The notes under the pieces are model-generated. The model was not told where the DNA came from. It was given only the letters and a program-made list of their open reading frames with translations, and ran no database searches. Position numbers and translations under genes: made by a program. A stretch of 64,000 bases of DNA, taken from Candidatus Omnitrophota bacterium. GTDB taxonomy: Bacteria > Omnitrophota > Gorgyraeia > Gygaellales > Profunditerraquicolaceae. Shown piece by piece: positions 38,948 through 49,587 of the stretch (position 1 is the first letter of the stretch; each line of letters opens with the position of its first letter). The stretch is taken from the NCBI GenBank assembly GCA_049517335.1, contig JBEKSD010000001.1:1-64000 (forward strand), read 5' to 3'.

Positions 38948-39933
38948 CCTATAAGAAAGCAGGAGTAGATATATCAAGCGTAGCTGCCTTTAAAAACAAA
39001 CTGAAACCGTTAGTGAAGAAGTCTTTTAGGCCAGAAGTTTTAAAAGATATCGGAGGATTTGGGAGTTTTTTCAGGTTAAATAAGGATAAATACAAAGACC
39101 CGATCCTTGTTTCTTCTTCAGACGGCGTGGGCACAAAGCTTAAGATTGCGAAGTTAGTGAATAAACACGATACCGTAGGCATTGACGCAGTGGCTATGAA
39201 CGTAAATGATATTCTATGTACGGGAGCAGAGCCACTATTCTTTTTAGATTACATTGCCTTTACAAAAGTTAAAGAAGAAATATTGCTTGATCTGGTCAAA
39301 GGCATAAATGACGGCTGTATTGAATCAGGCTGTTCCTTAATCGGCGGTGAAACCGCGCAAATGCCCGGGATGTATAGGATAGATGAATACGATATTGCCG
39401 GTTTTTGTGTAGGTGTAGTTGAGAGAAAAGATATCATTGATGGTTCAAAGATTACAGCAGGAGATTTAGTTATCGGATTGGAGTCAAGCGGGTGTCATTC
39501 CAACGGTTATTCATTAGTGAGGAAGGTTTTCTCTTTAACAGAACAGAAAAGGATGGCTAAAGAATTACTTACCCCGACCAGAATTTATGTAAAACCAGTG
39601 TTAAGCTTATTACCCGAGGTAAATATACACGGCATTGCCCATATTACGGGTGGTGCTTTTTATGATAAAATTAGCCGTATTTTACCGGCTAACATAAATG
39701 TGCGCATAAATAAAGGCTCTTGGAATGTCCCGAAAATATTCAGGCTTATTCAGAACAAAGGGAATGTTAGGGAGTGCGAAATGTATCACACTTTGAATAT
39801 GGGTATCGGTATGGTTTTGATAGTCAAGCCGGATGCGGCCAAGAATATAATTTCAAAGTTTACTGCTTTGAAGCTTAAAGCATGGGTTATCGGTGCAGCG
39901 GTTAAGGGAAAGAAGGAAGTAGAGCTAGTTTAA
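38941..39933 (+). CDS. purM: AIR synthetase
   Basis: YKKAGVD, DGVGTK, GGETAQMP, HSNGYS, HITGG. Confidence 0.97.
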   Translation: MLTYKKAGVDISSVAAFKNKLKPLVKKSFRPEVLKDIGGFGSFFRLNKDKYKDPILVSSSDGVGTKLKIAKLVNKHDTVGIDAVAMNVNDILCTGAEPLFFLDYIAFTKVKEEILLDLVKGINDGCIESGCSLIGGETAQMPGMYRIDEYDIAGFCVGVVERKDIIDGSKITAGDLVIGLESSGCHSNGYSLVRKVFSLTEQKRMAKELLTPTRIYVKPVLSLLPEVNIHGIAHITGGAFYDKISRILPANINVRINKGSWNVPKIFRLIQNKGNVRECEMYHTLNMGIGMVLIVKPDAAKNIISKFTALKLKAWVIGAAVKGKKEVELV

Positions 39934-39950
39934 AAAAGGGGGTAAGTGCT

Positions 39951-40817
39951 ATGAATATCGTTTTCTTATTGGTAATTATCGCAGTCGTCGCATTTTTAAT
40001 GGGCATCAGGATAGTTAGACCTACGCATCGCGGGCTGATCGAGAGATTCGGTAAATACAACCGTTTTGCTAATCCCGGTTTTAACTGGATTATCCCGGTT
40101 ATGGAGAAAATATATCCGGTAAATATCACCGAGCAGATGGTGGATGCCGAGCCGCAGGAGATTATTACCAATGATAACTTAAACGCTAAAGTTGACGCGC
40201 AGGTTTACTTTAAAGTTAAGCCGGCTGAAACGGATGTAAAATGTGCAATTTACAATGTGTATAATTATGAGTATCAGATAGTAAACCTTGCCCGTACCAC
40301 ATTAAGGAATATTATCGGTACCCTCACCTTAAAATCAGCCAACAGCGAGCGCGGTAAGATTAATGCCGAGCTGCACAGGACCTTGATGGAGGAAACTTCA
40401 AACTGGGGTATTGAAATTGTCAGGACAGAATTAAAAGAAATCGACCCTCCGAAAGACGTGCAGGAGACAATGAATAAAGTAGTTAAGGCGGAGAATGAGA
40501 AGATTGCCGCGGTTGATTTTGCGACTGCCACTGAAACTGTTGCTGATGGCCAGAAGCGCGCAGAGATTAAGAAAGCAGAAGGTATCAAGCAGGCGCGTAT
40601 TTTGGAGGCAGAAGGAGAAGCAGCGGCAATAAAATTAGTAAATGAAGCAGCGGAACATTATTTTGTGGGTAATGCGCAAGTACTGCGCAAATTAGAAGCA
40701 GTTGAGAAGTCATTGCAGAATAACGCAAAAATTGTTGTTCCCGCGAATACAGAATTAGTTAATGTAATTGGTGAAATGGCAGGTTTTCTGCCGCTTAAAA
40801 CCGAAACGAAAAAATAG
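39951..40817 (+). CDS. SPFH/band-7 (stomatin-like) protein
   Basis: N-terminal TM, ERFGKY, QEIITNDN, alanine/glutamate-rich coiled coil. Confidence 0.9.
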   Translation: MNIVFLLVIIAVVAFLMGIRIVRPTHRGLIERFGKYNRFANPGFNWIIPVMEKIYPVNITEQMVDAEPQEIITNDNLNAKVDAQVYFKVKPAETDVKCAIYNVYNYEYQIVNLARTTLRNIIGTLTLKSANSERGKINAELHRTLMEETSNWGIEIVRTELKEIDPPKDVQETMNKVVKAENEKIAAVDFATATETVADGQKRAEIKKAEGIKQARILEAEGEAAAIKLVNEAAEHYFVGNAQVLRKLEAVEKSLQNNAKIVVPANTELVNVIGEMAGFLPLKTETKK

Positions 40818-40853
40818 GCAGGAAAAAGAAGCAGTATTAAGAAGGAGGGTAAT

Positions 40854-41153
40854 ATGGGTGTGTATAATGTTATGCAGGCACTTGCGTTAGTTCCTGTGAC
40901 AATGTTTCTGACAGTTAGTTTTTTTGTATTATTTGTGGCGCGCAAAACCGATATGCAAGACTTAAAAATATTCGGGTATGTAGTAGTAGCACTGCTTTGG
41001 ATTTGTGCGATTTCGATGTTCACTACGGGGATTCATGCATCTTTATCCCGGGGTGGGATGATGCCTATGAGACGCGGCATGATGATGCAGGAGAAGCAGA
41101 TGGCTCCTACTCCAATGCCGAACAGCCCAACAACGACGCATCAGGCAAAATAA
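40854..41153 (+). CDS. Hypothetical 2-TM protein with Met-rich tail
   Basis: SD AAGGAGG, two TMs. Confidence 0.65.
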   Translation: MGVYNVMQALALVPVTMFLTVSFFVLFVARKTDMQDLKIFGYVVVALLWICAISMFTTGIHASLSRGGMMPMRRGMMMQEKQMAPTPMPNSPTTTHQAK

Positions 41154-41183
41154 TCGTTTTCCAGAGTGCACGCCTTAGGAATA

Positions 41184-41504
41184 ATGGCAAATATTATTGA
41201 AAAAGTGGGAAGCTTGGTTAGTTTGGTAGATTATCAAGACAGTTCTGTTGTTAGTAAAGAAGTTATTAAAAAAGAAAAAGGCACGGTAACGCTTTTTGCT
41301 TTTGATAAAGGGCAGGGGTTAAGTGAACATACCGCGCCATTTGATGCCTTAGTTTATATCTTTGACGGCAAAGCAGAAATTAGTATCGCCGGCAAGCAAC
41401 ATTACTTAAAAGCAGGCGAAACTATTATTATGCCAGCAAATAAGCCGCATTCTCTAAAGGCCATAGATCGCTTTAAGATGCTTTTGGTAATGATTAAGGC
41501 TTAA
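41184..41504 (+). CDS. Cupin domain protein
   Basis: FAFDKGQGLSEHTAPFDA, MPANKPHSLKA. Confidence 0.88.
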   Translation: MANIIEKVGSLVSLVDYQDSSVVSKEVIKKEKGTVTLFAFDKGQGLSEHTAPFDALVYIFDGKAEISIAGKQHYLKAGETIIMPANKPHSLKAIDRFKMLLVMIKA

Positions 41505-41562
41505 TCTGATATTAGAGCAAGAATAACTAATATTTTGCATAAGAGGAGTTGATTAAGAAAAA

Positions 41563-41892
41563 ATGTTATTAATTATCAGAGAGAAGGCGAGCGAGGAGAT
41601 TATTTCTAAGGTTGCTGAAGATCTTAAGGGATATATTAAAGTGGTTGTAGATGTCCGGCGTAAGATTTTGTCTGCCGGTGGGAAAATGCATGTGGATGGC
41701 GAAAGGCTGCTTCTGGAAGACGGAAGTAAACAGGCAGATATCTGGGGAGGCGGTTTAGACATTGAGTCCGGAGAGGTTGATTTTGATTCAATGATTAATT
41801 TAAGGCCAGGGCAAAATAATCCTAGCCGGGAAGTTTTAGATTCCGCTATACGCAAACAGATAGAAGTAATTATTCGTGCAATATTAAGGTAA
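41563..41892 (+). CDS. Uncharacterised protein (DUF5674-like)
   Basis: KVVVDV, GGKMHVDGE, GSKQADIWG, DSMINLRP.QNN.S (family recalled). Confidence 0.7.
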   Translation: MLLIIREKASEEIISKVAEDLKGYIKVVVDVRRKILSAGGKMHVDGERLLLEDGSKQADIWGGGLDIESGEVDFDSMINLRPGQNNPSREVLDSAIRKQIEVIIRAILR

Positions 41893-41895
41893 ATA

Positions 41896-42183
41896 ATGAG
41901 CGCGCAAGAAATAATATTGAATATTGCTGTAAATTTAGGACGAATTGGAAGATATGCCTATGAGGGCAAGTGTTCCCGAGTCGAACAATTCTTAAATGAA
42001 ACAGATGAATATGTCCGTCAACTCGAGTCAATACCTTTAAAGCCGCGTTTTAAAGGAACATTCTATGATTTTAAGAAATCTTTAAATGAATTAGAGAAAG
42101 ATATGCGTTTAGATACATTTTGGGCAGAAACAGCCTATACTTGGGCTAATATTTTGACTCATCGCGCAAAATTAGCGGGTTAA
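41896..42183 (+). CDS. Hypothetical helical protein
   Basis: 95-aa ORF 3 nt after the DUF5674-like gene; WAETAYTWANILTHR. Confidence 0.65.
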   Translation: MSAQEIILNIAVNLGRIGRYAYEGKCSRVEQFLNETDEYVRQLESIPLKPRFKGTFYDFKKSLNELEKDMRLDTFWAETAYTWANILTHRAKLAG

Positions 42184-42192
42184 AGAAATAAT

Positions 42193-43464
42193 ATGCGAAT
42201 ATTAGTGATTGGTTCTGGCGGAAGAGAGCATGCGTTGGTGTGGAAGATTGCGCAGTCAAAGCTCGTAGACAAGATTTTCTGCGCTCCGGGAAATGGTGGT
42301 ATTTCAGAAATTGCCGAATGTATTGATATTAAATCTGAAGATATCCCCAAGTTACTTGAATTTGCCAGAAAAGAAAAAATAGATTTAACTGTTGTCGGCC
42401 CTGAAGTTCCGCTTGCCGCAGGTATTGTTGATGAGTTCCAGAATTATAAGTTAAAAGTTTTCGGCCCGAATAAAAAAGCAGCGCAGATGGAAGCGAGCAA
42501 AGTTTTCTCTAAAGAGCTGATGGCTAAATATAAGGTGCCGACTGCGGATTTTAAGGTCTTTGATAATGCTGAGAAAGCAAAAGATTATATCGCTAAGCAC
42601 GGCGCTCCTTGCGTTGTAAAAGCTGATGGTCTAGCCGCGGGTAAGGGTGTAGTCGTGGCTAAGACTATTGAAGAGGCAAATAAGGCAGTAGATTCAATGT
42701 TAAAAGAAAGAATTTTCGGCGATGCCGGAAATAGAATTATTATTGAAGATTGTTTAGTCGGGCAGGAAGCTTCCATTTTAGTAATTACTGATTCAAAAGA
42801 AGTAATTGCTTTAGCTTCGGCGCAGGACCATAAGAGGATTTTTGATAATGATGAGGGCCCGAATACAGGCGGAATGGGCGTTTATTCGCCCGCGCCAGTG
42901 GTAACAAAAGAATTATTTAAAGAAATTATGGAAAAAATAGTTTACCGTACTATTGACGGCTTGGTAAAAGAAGGCATAGAATATAAAGGTGTTCTTTACG
43001 CCGGTGTTATGATTACTAAAGAAGGGCCAAAGACTTTAGAGTTTAATGTGCGTTTCGGAGACCCTGAAACACAGGCGATTCTGCCACGCTTAAAGTCGGA
43101 TTTAGTGGAAGTAATGCTTGGGGTAGCGGAAGGAAAACTTTCGCGCCTCAGGAATTTAGAGTGGGATGAGCGCGCTTGTGTCACGGTAGTCTTAGCTTCC
43201 AAGGGATACCCGGGAGATTATGAAAAGGGTAAAGAGATATCTGGGCTTAATGAAGTAGCTAAAATGAAAGATATCGTGGTATTTCACGCCGGCACTAAAA
43301 AGCAGGGGGATAAAATTGTCACCAGCGGCGGCAGGGTGCTGGGTGTGACCGGCTTAGGAAAAAATATTAAAGAAGCAATTAACAATACTTATCAGGCAGT
43401 AGCAAAGATAAGCTTTGAAGGCATACATTATAGGAAAGATATAGGCAGGAAGGCAGTGAGTTGA
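42193..43464 (+). CDS. purD: Phosphoribosylamine-glycine ligase
   Basis: GSGGREHA, KADGLAAGKGV, QDHKR, EFNVRFGDPE. Confidence 0.98.
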   Translation: MRILVIGSGGREHALVWKIAQSKLVDKIFCAPGNGGISEIAECIDIKSEDIPKLLEFARKEKIDLTVVGPEVPLAAGIVDEFQNYKLKVFGPNKKAAQMEASKVFSKELMAKYKVPTADFKVFDNAEKAKDYIAKHGAPCVVKADGLAAGKGVVVAKTIEEANKAVDSMLKERIFGDAGNRIIIEDCLVGQEASILVITDSKEVIALASAQDHKRIFDNDEGPNTGGMGVYSPAPVVTKELFKEIMEKIVYRTIDGLVKEGIEYKGVLYAGVMITKEGPKTLEFNVRFGDPETQAILPRLKSDLVEVMLGVAEGKLSRLRNLEWDERACVTVVLASKGYPGDYEKGKEISGLNEVAKMKDIVVFHAGTKKQGDKIVTSGGRVLGVTGLGKNIKEAINNTYQAVAKISFEGIHYRKDIGRKAVS

Positions 43465-43480
43465 GTATGCGGAGGGATTT

Positions 43481-43966
43481 ATGTCTAAATTAATCAGTAT
43501 TGTTATGGGGAGTAGTTCTGACTTTGAGATAGTAGGGAATGCTATTGAGATATTAAAACAATTCAAAGTCAGCTTTGAGGTTAAAATTTTATCCGCGCAC
43601 AGGACGCCGAAAGAACTGGCGAACTATGTTGAGAAAGCTTCTTGTGATGGAAGGAAGATTTTTATTGCCGCAGCCGGTGGCTCTGCAGCTTTGGCCGGGG
43701 TAATCGCAGCACATACAACTCTGCCGGTTATCGGCATACCCATTGAAACTAAGAGCTTAAAAGGTTTGGATTCCCTTTTATCTACGGTGCAGATGCCTGC
43801 GGGCATTCCGGTTGCTTCCATGGCCATAGGCAAGGCAGGAGCAAAGAATGCCGCGCTTTTTGCCTTGGAAATTTTAGGAACAAGTGATAAAAAGATAAGC
43901 GCTAAACTCCTTAACTACAGGAAAGAGATGCACGTGAAAGTAAAAAATAGCAAAGTAAGGTTATGA
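43481..43966 (+). CDS. purE: N5-CAIR mutase / AIR carboxylase
   Basis: MGSSSD, SAHRTP, GLDSLLSTVQMP. Confidence 0.97.
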   Translation: MSKLISIVMGSSSDFEIVGNAIEILKQFKVSFEVKILSAHRTPKELANYVEKASCDGRKIFIAAAGGSAALAGVIAAHTTLPVIGIPIETKSLKGLDSLLSTVQMPAGIPVASMAIGKAGAKNAALFALEILGTSDKKISAKLLNYRKEMHVKVKNSKVRL

Positions 43967-45021
43967 GCGTAAAAGTAGTTAAAGTTGACCCGAAGGGCCC
44001 TGAAGAAAAGAATGTTCAGCAGGCGGCCGAGGTTTTAAAGAACGGCGGGCTGGTAATTATCCCCACGGAAACCGTCTATGGTATTGCGGCAGATGCGCAA
44101 AATCAGAAAGCCCTTGAAAGGTTATATGAAATAAAGAAGCGGCCCAAAGATAAGCCCTTCTCTTTGCTTATTGCCGATAAGGAGAAAGTTGATGAGCTTG
44201 CCCAAGGGTTAGCGCCTCAGGCTTATCGGCTTATGGATAAGTTCTGGCCCGGGCCTTTGACATTGATATTGAATGCAAAAGAAAAAGGCACGGTGGGCAT
44301 ACGCATGCCGGATAATCCGGTTGCTTTGGAGATAATCCAGCGCTCAGGCGTTCCCGTGGCCTGTCCTTCGGCGAATATTTCCGGGAAAAATCCTCCGGTA
44401 AATTTTGATCAGGCGATAAAAGAATTGGGAACTTTGGTTGATCTTGGCGTAGATAGCGGGCCTACGAAACATAAAATTGAATCTACGATAGTTGATTTAA
44501 CTTCGGATAAAGTAAAAGTTATCCGCGAAGGGGCAATTAAAAAAGAGCAGATTGAAACAACCGCAAGAAGAAAACAGGTGCTTTTCGTCTGCACTGGAAA
44601 TTCCTGCCGTTCGGTGATGGCGGAGGTATTGTTAAAAAAGAAACTCAAAGATAATAAGCGTGACGACGTTGAGGTGATTTCAGCTGGCATAATCTTGTTA
44701 GGCGGGCTTGGCGCAAGCGAGGGCACGAAAGAGGTTTTAAGTAAGGCCGGTCTTGATGTTTCAGGGCACCGTTCGCAGCGGGTGAGCAAAGACATTATCA
44801 GGCGTTCGGATTTGATCCTCGTTATGGAGAAAATACATGAGGAGGAGATCCTGAAGATCGCTCCTGATGCTAAAAATAGGGTGTTTTTACTTAAAGAATT
44901 TGCTAAAATACGGGATGATGACTTAGAAATCCATGACCCTTTAGGGCATACATTGGATTATTACGAGAATATTTATTACATAATAAAGGAAGCAGTAGAA
45001 AGGATAAGCGGGGTTTTATGA
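43963..45021 (+). CDS. tsaC: Threonylcarbamoyl-AMP synthase (TsaC/YrdC) fused to a low-molecular-weight phosphatase (YwlE-like)
   Basis: PTETVYG, KKRP, FWPGPLT, SANISG; C-terminal CTGNSCRS and HDPLG. Confidence 0.88.
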   Translation: MSVKVVKVDPKGPEEKNVQQAAEVLKNGGLVIIPTETVYGIAADAQNQKALERLYEIKKRPKDKPFSLLIADKEKVDELAQGLAPQAYRLMDKFWPGPLTLILNAKEKGTVGIRMPDNPVALEIIQRSGVPVACPSANISGKNPPVNFDQAIKELGTLVDLGVDSGPTKHKIESTIVDLTSDKVKVIREGAIKKEQIETTARRKQVLFVCTGNSCRSVMAEVLLKKKLKDNKRDDVEVISAGIILLGGLGASEGTKEVLSKAGLDVSGHRSQRVSKDIIRRSDLILVMEKIHEEEILKIAPDAKNRVFLLKEFAKIRDDDLEIHDPLGHTLDYYENIYYIIKEAVERISGVL

Positions 45022-45470
45022 TGGAAAAAATTCTTATTGCCTCTGACCATGCCGGTTTTAATTTAAAAGAAAAACTTAAATCCTATCTGCTAAAGAAAAA
45101 TTTGGAAATAGTTGATTTGGGTACCTGTTCAAAAGAGCGCTGCGACTACCCGGAGTTTGCCTATTCCCTGGCCAAGAAAATATCCGCAGGGAAATTCAAG
45201 AGGGGTATTTTAATTTGTAAGACCGGCATCGGCAATTCCATTATGGCAAACCGCCTGCGCGGGGTGCGTGCGGCATTAGCTTACAATGTTAAGGCAGCGC
45301 GTTTAAGTAGGGAGCATAATGACAGCAATGTTTTAGTCCTGGGTTCTGTATTTGTAACTAAAAAGCTGGCTAAAAAAATCATAGATGTCTGGCTAAAGAC
45401 GCCTTTTCAGGGCGGACGGCACTTAAAGCGCCTTAATTTGATTAAGCGGTTTGAAAGAGAGGCACGGTAA
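45018..45470 (+). CDS. rpiB: Ribose-5-phosphate isomerase B
   Basis: [24 protein letters not shown]. Confidence 0.95.
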   Translation: MMEKILIASDHAGFNLKEKLKSYLLKKNLEIVDLGTCSKERCDYPEFAYSLAKKISAGKFKRGILICKTGIGNSIMANRLRGVRAALAYNVKAARLSREHNDSNVLVLGSVFVTKKLAKKIIDVWLKTPFQGGRHLKRLNLIKRFEREAR

Positions 45471-45471
45471 T

Positions 45472-46722
45472 ATGAAGCATTTAAAGAAAAGCGATGCGCA
45501 GGTTTATAGAGCAATAAAAAATGAAATCGGCAGAGAGGAAGATACCTTGGAGCTGATTGCCTCGGAGAATTTTACTTCCATGAGCGTGTTTGAAGCCCAA
45601 GGCTCGGTATTGACCAATAAATACGCCGAGGGCTATCCGCATCACCGCTGGTACGGCGGGTGTGAATTCATGGATGAAATAGAGGAGTTGGCAATTGAGC
45701 GCGCCAAAAAGCTTTTTGGCGCGGAGCACGTCAACGTGCAGGCGCATTCGGGGTCTCAGGCAAATATGGCGGTCTATTTTACCTTACTTCAGCCCGGGGA
45801 TACTGTTTTAGCCATGGATTTATCTGCCGGCGGGCACCTTACTCACGGCCATCCGCATAATTTCTCGGGAAAGTTTTATAAAATAGTAGGTTATGGCGTG
45901 GACCGTAAGACGGAAATGCTTGACTATGAGCGCATAATGGATCTGGCCAAAAAACACAAACCGAAAATGATTTTAGCTGGCGCTTCCGCCTATCCGAGGA
46001 AAATTGATTTTAAGGCATTCCGCAGGATATGCGATAGAGTAGGCGCTTATTTATTCGTGGATATGGCGCATATTGCGGGGCTAGTTGCTGCGGGCGTACA
46101 TCCTTCGCCTGTGCCTTATGCAGAGTTCGTAAGTTCCACTACGCATAAGACTTTGCGCGGCCCAAGGGGCGGGTTCGTAATCTGCAGGAAAGAGTTTGCC
46201 AAAAGATTAGACGCGGAGATATTCCCTGGGATTCAGGGCGGGCCGCTTATGCATGTTATCGCAGGCAAGGCAGTAGCTTTCCGCGAAGCAATGACTCCAG
46301 CCTTCCGCGTTTATCAGCGCCAGATTGTGAAAAACTCTAAGGAACTGGCAAAGTCCCTTGCTAATTTGGGTTTTCGCATAGTTTCCGGCGGGACAGATAC
46401 CCATTTGATGCTGGTTGATTTATCCGAGAAAGGGGTTACCGGCGCGGATGTCTCGTGTATATTAGGGCAGGTGGGAATTACGGTGAACAAGAACCTCATT
46501 CCTTTTGACAAGAAAAGCCCGGCAGTGGCAAGCGGTATCCGCCTCGGGACTGCGGCAGTTACCAGCCGCAGCCTTAAAGAAGTGCATATGCGGAGAATTG
46601 CAAAGTTCATTAACGAAGCTATTGAAGGAAGCGATGATTTAAAAAGGTTAGAACAGGTGAGGAAGGAAGTCCTTAATTTAACCAAAAAATATCCATTATA
46701 TCCGGAGCTTTCAAGAGAATGA
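45472..46722 (+). CDS. glyA: Serine hydroxymethyltransferase
   Basis: [27 protein letters not shown]. Confidence 0.98.
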   Translation: MKHLKKSDAQVYRAIKNEIGREEDTLELIASENFTSMSVFEAQGSVLTNKYAEGYPHHRWYGGCEFMDEIEELAIERAKKLFGAEHVNVQAHSGSQANMAVYFTLLQPGDTVLAMDLSAGGHLTHGHPHNFSGKFYKIVGYGVDRKTEMLDYERIMDLAKKHKPKMILAGASAYPRKIDFKAFRRICDRVGAYLFVDMAHIAGLVAAGVHPSPVPYAEFVSSTTHKTLRGPRGGFVICRKEFAKRLDAEIFPGIQGGPLMHVIAGKAVAFREAMTPAFRVYQRQIVKNSKELAKSLANLGFRIVSGGTDTHLMLVDLSEKGVTGADVSCILGQVGITVNKNLIPFDKKSPAVASGIRLGTAAVTSRSLKEVHMRRIAKFINEAIEGSDDLKRLEQVRKEVLNLTKKYPLYPELSRE

Positions 46723-47186
46723 AAAAGAAAAACTTTGATAAACGGCCGACGTGGGAAGAATATTTTATTGACGTAGCAATCCTTGTATCCAAAAGGGCAA
46801 CTTGTTTGAGGCGTAAAGTCGGCTCGGTTTTGGTTAAGGATAAACGCATATTGGCGACGGGTTATAATGGCGCGCCTTCAGGGCTTGATGATTGCCTTGA
46901 GATGGGCAGATGCCTGAGGGATAAATTAAGGATCCCTTCGGGCCAGCGGCATGAACTTTGCCGTGGTTTGCATGCGGAGCAGAATGTTTTAATACAGGCA
47001 GCGCTCCACGGCATAAGCGTTAAAGGCAGCACCCTTTATGCCACGCACCAGCCCTGTCTTATCTGCGCGAAAATGCTGATTAATGCGGGAATAGCCGAGA
47101 TTGTCATTTCTGAAGGTTATCCTGACGAAATGTCTTTACAATTTCTGAAGGAAGCCGGAATAAGAGTGACGAAAGCCAGACACTAA
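46719..47186 (+). CDS. dCMP deaminase family protein
   Basis: [22 protein letters not shown]. Confidence 0.9.
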   Translation: MKKKNFDKRPTWEEYFIDVAILVSKRATCLRRKVGSVLVKDKRILATGYNGAPSGLDDCLEMGRCLRDKLRIPSGQRHELCRGLHAEQNVLIQAALHGISVKGSTLYATHQPCLICAKMLINAGIAEIVISEGYPDEMSLQFLKEAGIRVTKARH

Positions 47187-47191
47187 AAATT

Positions 47192-47659
47192 ATGAAATGT
47201 CCATATTGCGGTTTTAAAGAAGATAAAGTAGTGGACTCGCGCGCCACAGCCGAAGAATCAGCCGTAAGGCGCAGGCGGGAGTGCTTAAAATGCGGTAAGC
47301 GTTTTACTACTTACGAATATATTGAGGAAGTTTCCCTGATGGTCATAAAGAAAGACGGCAGGAGAGAGCCGTTTGACAGGAAGAAGATTTTAGCCGGCAT
47401 TATCAGGGCCTGCGAAAAAAGGCCGGTGAGCATGGAGAAGATGGAAGAGATTATCACCCAGGTTGAGCGCTCAATACAGAAGAAAAGCGACCGCGAAGTT
47501 TCCGCCTCGCGCATAGGCGAGCTGGTGATGGAAAAACTAAAAGTTTTAGATGACGTAGCTTACGTGCGCTTTGCTTCCGTGTACAGGCAGTTTAAGGACG
47601 TCGGGCAGTTCATGGTTGAGTTAAAGGACATTTTGAGTAAAGAGAAGAAAAGGAAATAA
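47192..47659 (+). CDS. nrdR: Transcriptional repressor NrdR
   Basis: [18 protein letters not shown] cone, AYVRFASVY. Confidence 0.98.
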   Translation: MKCPYCGFKEDKVVDSRATAEESAVRRRRECLKCGKRFTTYEYIEEVSLMVIKKDGRREPFDRKKILAGIIRACEKRPVSMEKMEEIITQVERSIQKKSDREVSASRIGELVMEKLKVLDDVAYVRFASVYRQFKDVGQFMVELKDILSKEKKRK

Positions 47660-47662
47660 TTC

Positions 47663-48064
47663 ATGGTAGAGATGGAGTTAAGCAGGATTGTCATTGACGA
47701 AAAACGGCATGACCAGTTGATCGTCTTAAAAGAAAAAAACGGGACCCGTTTATTGCCTATTGTCATTGGTTTAGCGGAGGCATCGGCCATAAAATTAAAA
47801 ATAGGCGGCTTTAACCCTCCACGGCCGCTTACGCACGACCTGCTGCATACGACGATTAAGAATTTAGAAGCGAGCGTTGACAGGATCATAATTGACAAGC
47901 TGGAGGAAAACACCTTCCACGCAAAAATAGTCCTTAAAACCGCAAGCGGAGAGCTTAAAACAGTTGACGCCCGTCCATCGGACAGCATAGCTTTGGCAGT
48001 CCGCGCGCACGCCTCCATTTTTGTTGACGATGAGATCATTAAGAAGTCCGAAAATCCGAAATAG
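47663..48064 (+). CDS. Bifunctional nuclease family protein (DUF151)
   Basis: LPIVIG, RPLTHDL, DARPSDSIALA. Confidence 0.9.
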   Translation: MVEMELSRIVIDEKRHDQLIVLKEKNGTRLLPIVIGLAEASAIKLKIGGFNPPRPLTHDLLHTTIKNLEASVDRIIIDKLEENTFHAKIVLKTASGELKTVDARPSDSIALAVRAHASIFVDDEIIKKSENPK

Positions 48065-48118
48065 CGCCTAAATCGGCAAAGCGGATTCGGAATTAATCCC
48101 GAAGCGGTTTAAAAGAGT

Positions 48119-49576
48119 ATGCTTAAATTCCCTAAAAAAGATCGTGATCTGATGCAGCCGGTTATTGAGTTCGCCAAAAAACGAAAGGTAAAGCTTTACC
48201 TTGTAGGCGGGGCTCTGCGCGATTTGATTTTAGGGAGATTGAAAGAAAATCCTGATTTTGATTTTGCCCTTAAAAGAGGGGCTATAAGTTTCGGCAAGGC
48301 GCTGGCCAAAGAATTATCTTGCGGGTTTGTCATTTTAGATAAAGAGCATGGTTCCTGTCGCTTGGTCAGGAAATTAAAGCATAAAATATGCACTTATGAT
48401 TTTACGGATTTTCGCGGCATAAATATTGCAGACGACCTGCTGCACCGCGATTTTAGCATTAATGCGCTTGCCCTAGAAGCACATCATATTTTATCCGGTA
48501 AAGATTTAAGCCTTTCTTTAATTGACCCTTATGCTGCAAGACTAGGTATAAATAAAAAAATAATAAAAGAAATCAGCAGAAGTTCGTTTAAAGAAGATCC
48601 GCTGCGCGTATTGCGGGCATTCAGTTTTGCCTCAATCCTTAAGTTTAAAATACAACCTTCCGTTTTTAGATTAATTCCGCCGGTAAAAAATAAACTAAAA
48701 GCAGTTTCAGGAGAACGCGTGCGCGACGAATTATTCAAAATTTTTGCAACAGAGGATGCTTACGCATGCCTTAAGCAATTGGATAAAGCGGGTATTCTGA
48801 AAATAATCTTTCCTGAAAGCTCAAGTATGCGCGGCATAGGGCAAGGGCCGTATCACCATCTGGATGTATGGAACCATACCCTTGAAACATTAAAGCAGTT
48901 GGAATCGATATTTAAAAATGTTAAAAAAACAGAAATTATTGATTTTCTTGACGAAATTATATCCGCTGAGCGCAAAAGAAATGCTCTTTTAAAACTGGCG
49001 GCATTACTGCATGATGTCGGAAAACCCGCTACCTTAAGACATGAAGAAGACGGGAAAATTACTTTTCATGGGCATGAGAGGGCCGGACTTAATATCGCAA
49101 CCGCTATTGCCAGGCGCTTAAAGCTTTCAAACGACGAAATTAATATCTTAAGAAGGGTGATTTTATGGCATCTGCGCCCGGGGTATCTTTCGGACTTGGA
49201 GATTTTGACTGCCCGGGCAAAGTTCAGGTATTTCAGGGATACGGCTCATGAGGCATTGAGCGTGTTTCTTCTTTCTCTGGCTGACCAGCGCGCAACCAAG
49301 GGCCGGCTTACTACCGCATTATCGCGTAAGCGCCATGAAAAGACCGTGGGTATTTTAACCAAAGAATTATTTAAGAAGAAAGAAGAAAAAAAGCAGGTTC
49401 GCCTTATCACGGGTGATGATTTGATTAGAGAGTTTAAGCTTAAATCTTCGCCATTAATCGGAAAACTCCTTTCTGATATAGAAGAACTTCGTGCGATAGG
49501 TAAAATTGCGGACAAGGCCTCTGCTTTGAAGGCCGCAGCCAGAATAATTAAAGCCTCAAAGGCTAAAAAATCCTAA
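48119..49576 (+). CDS. CCA-type tRNA nucleotidyltransferase with HD domain
   Basis: LVGGALRD, DFD, RDFSINA, EDPLRVLRA, LLHDVGK. Confidence 0.85.
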   Translation: MLKFPKKDRDLMQPVIEFAKKRKVKLYLVGGALRDLILGRLKENPDFDFALKRGAISFGKALAKELSCGFVILDKEHGSCRLVRKLKHKICTYDFTDFRGINIADDLLHRDFSINALALEAHHILSGKDLSLSLIDPYAARLGINKKIIKEISRSSFKEDPLRVLRAFSFASILKFKIQPSVFRLIPPVKNKLKAVSGERVRDELFKIFATEDAYACLKQLDKAGILKIIFPESSSMRGIGQGPYHHLDVWNHTLETLKQLESIFKNVKKTEIIDFLDEIISAERKRNALLKLAALLHDVGKPATLRHEEDGKITFHGHERAGLNIATAIARRLKLSNDEINILRRVILWHLRPGYLSDLEILTARAKFRYFRDTAHEALSVFLLSLADQRATKGRLTTALSRKRHEKTVGILTKELFKKKEEKKQVRLITGDDLIREFKLKSSPLIGKLLSDIEELRAIGKIADKASALKAAARIIKASKAKKS

Positions 49577-49587
49577 GCTTTCGCTAA

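Noticed and set aside
44570-45021. Arsenate reductase ArsC (CTGNSCRS)
   Set aside because: No downstream redox cysteine pair; synteny matches ywlE.
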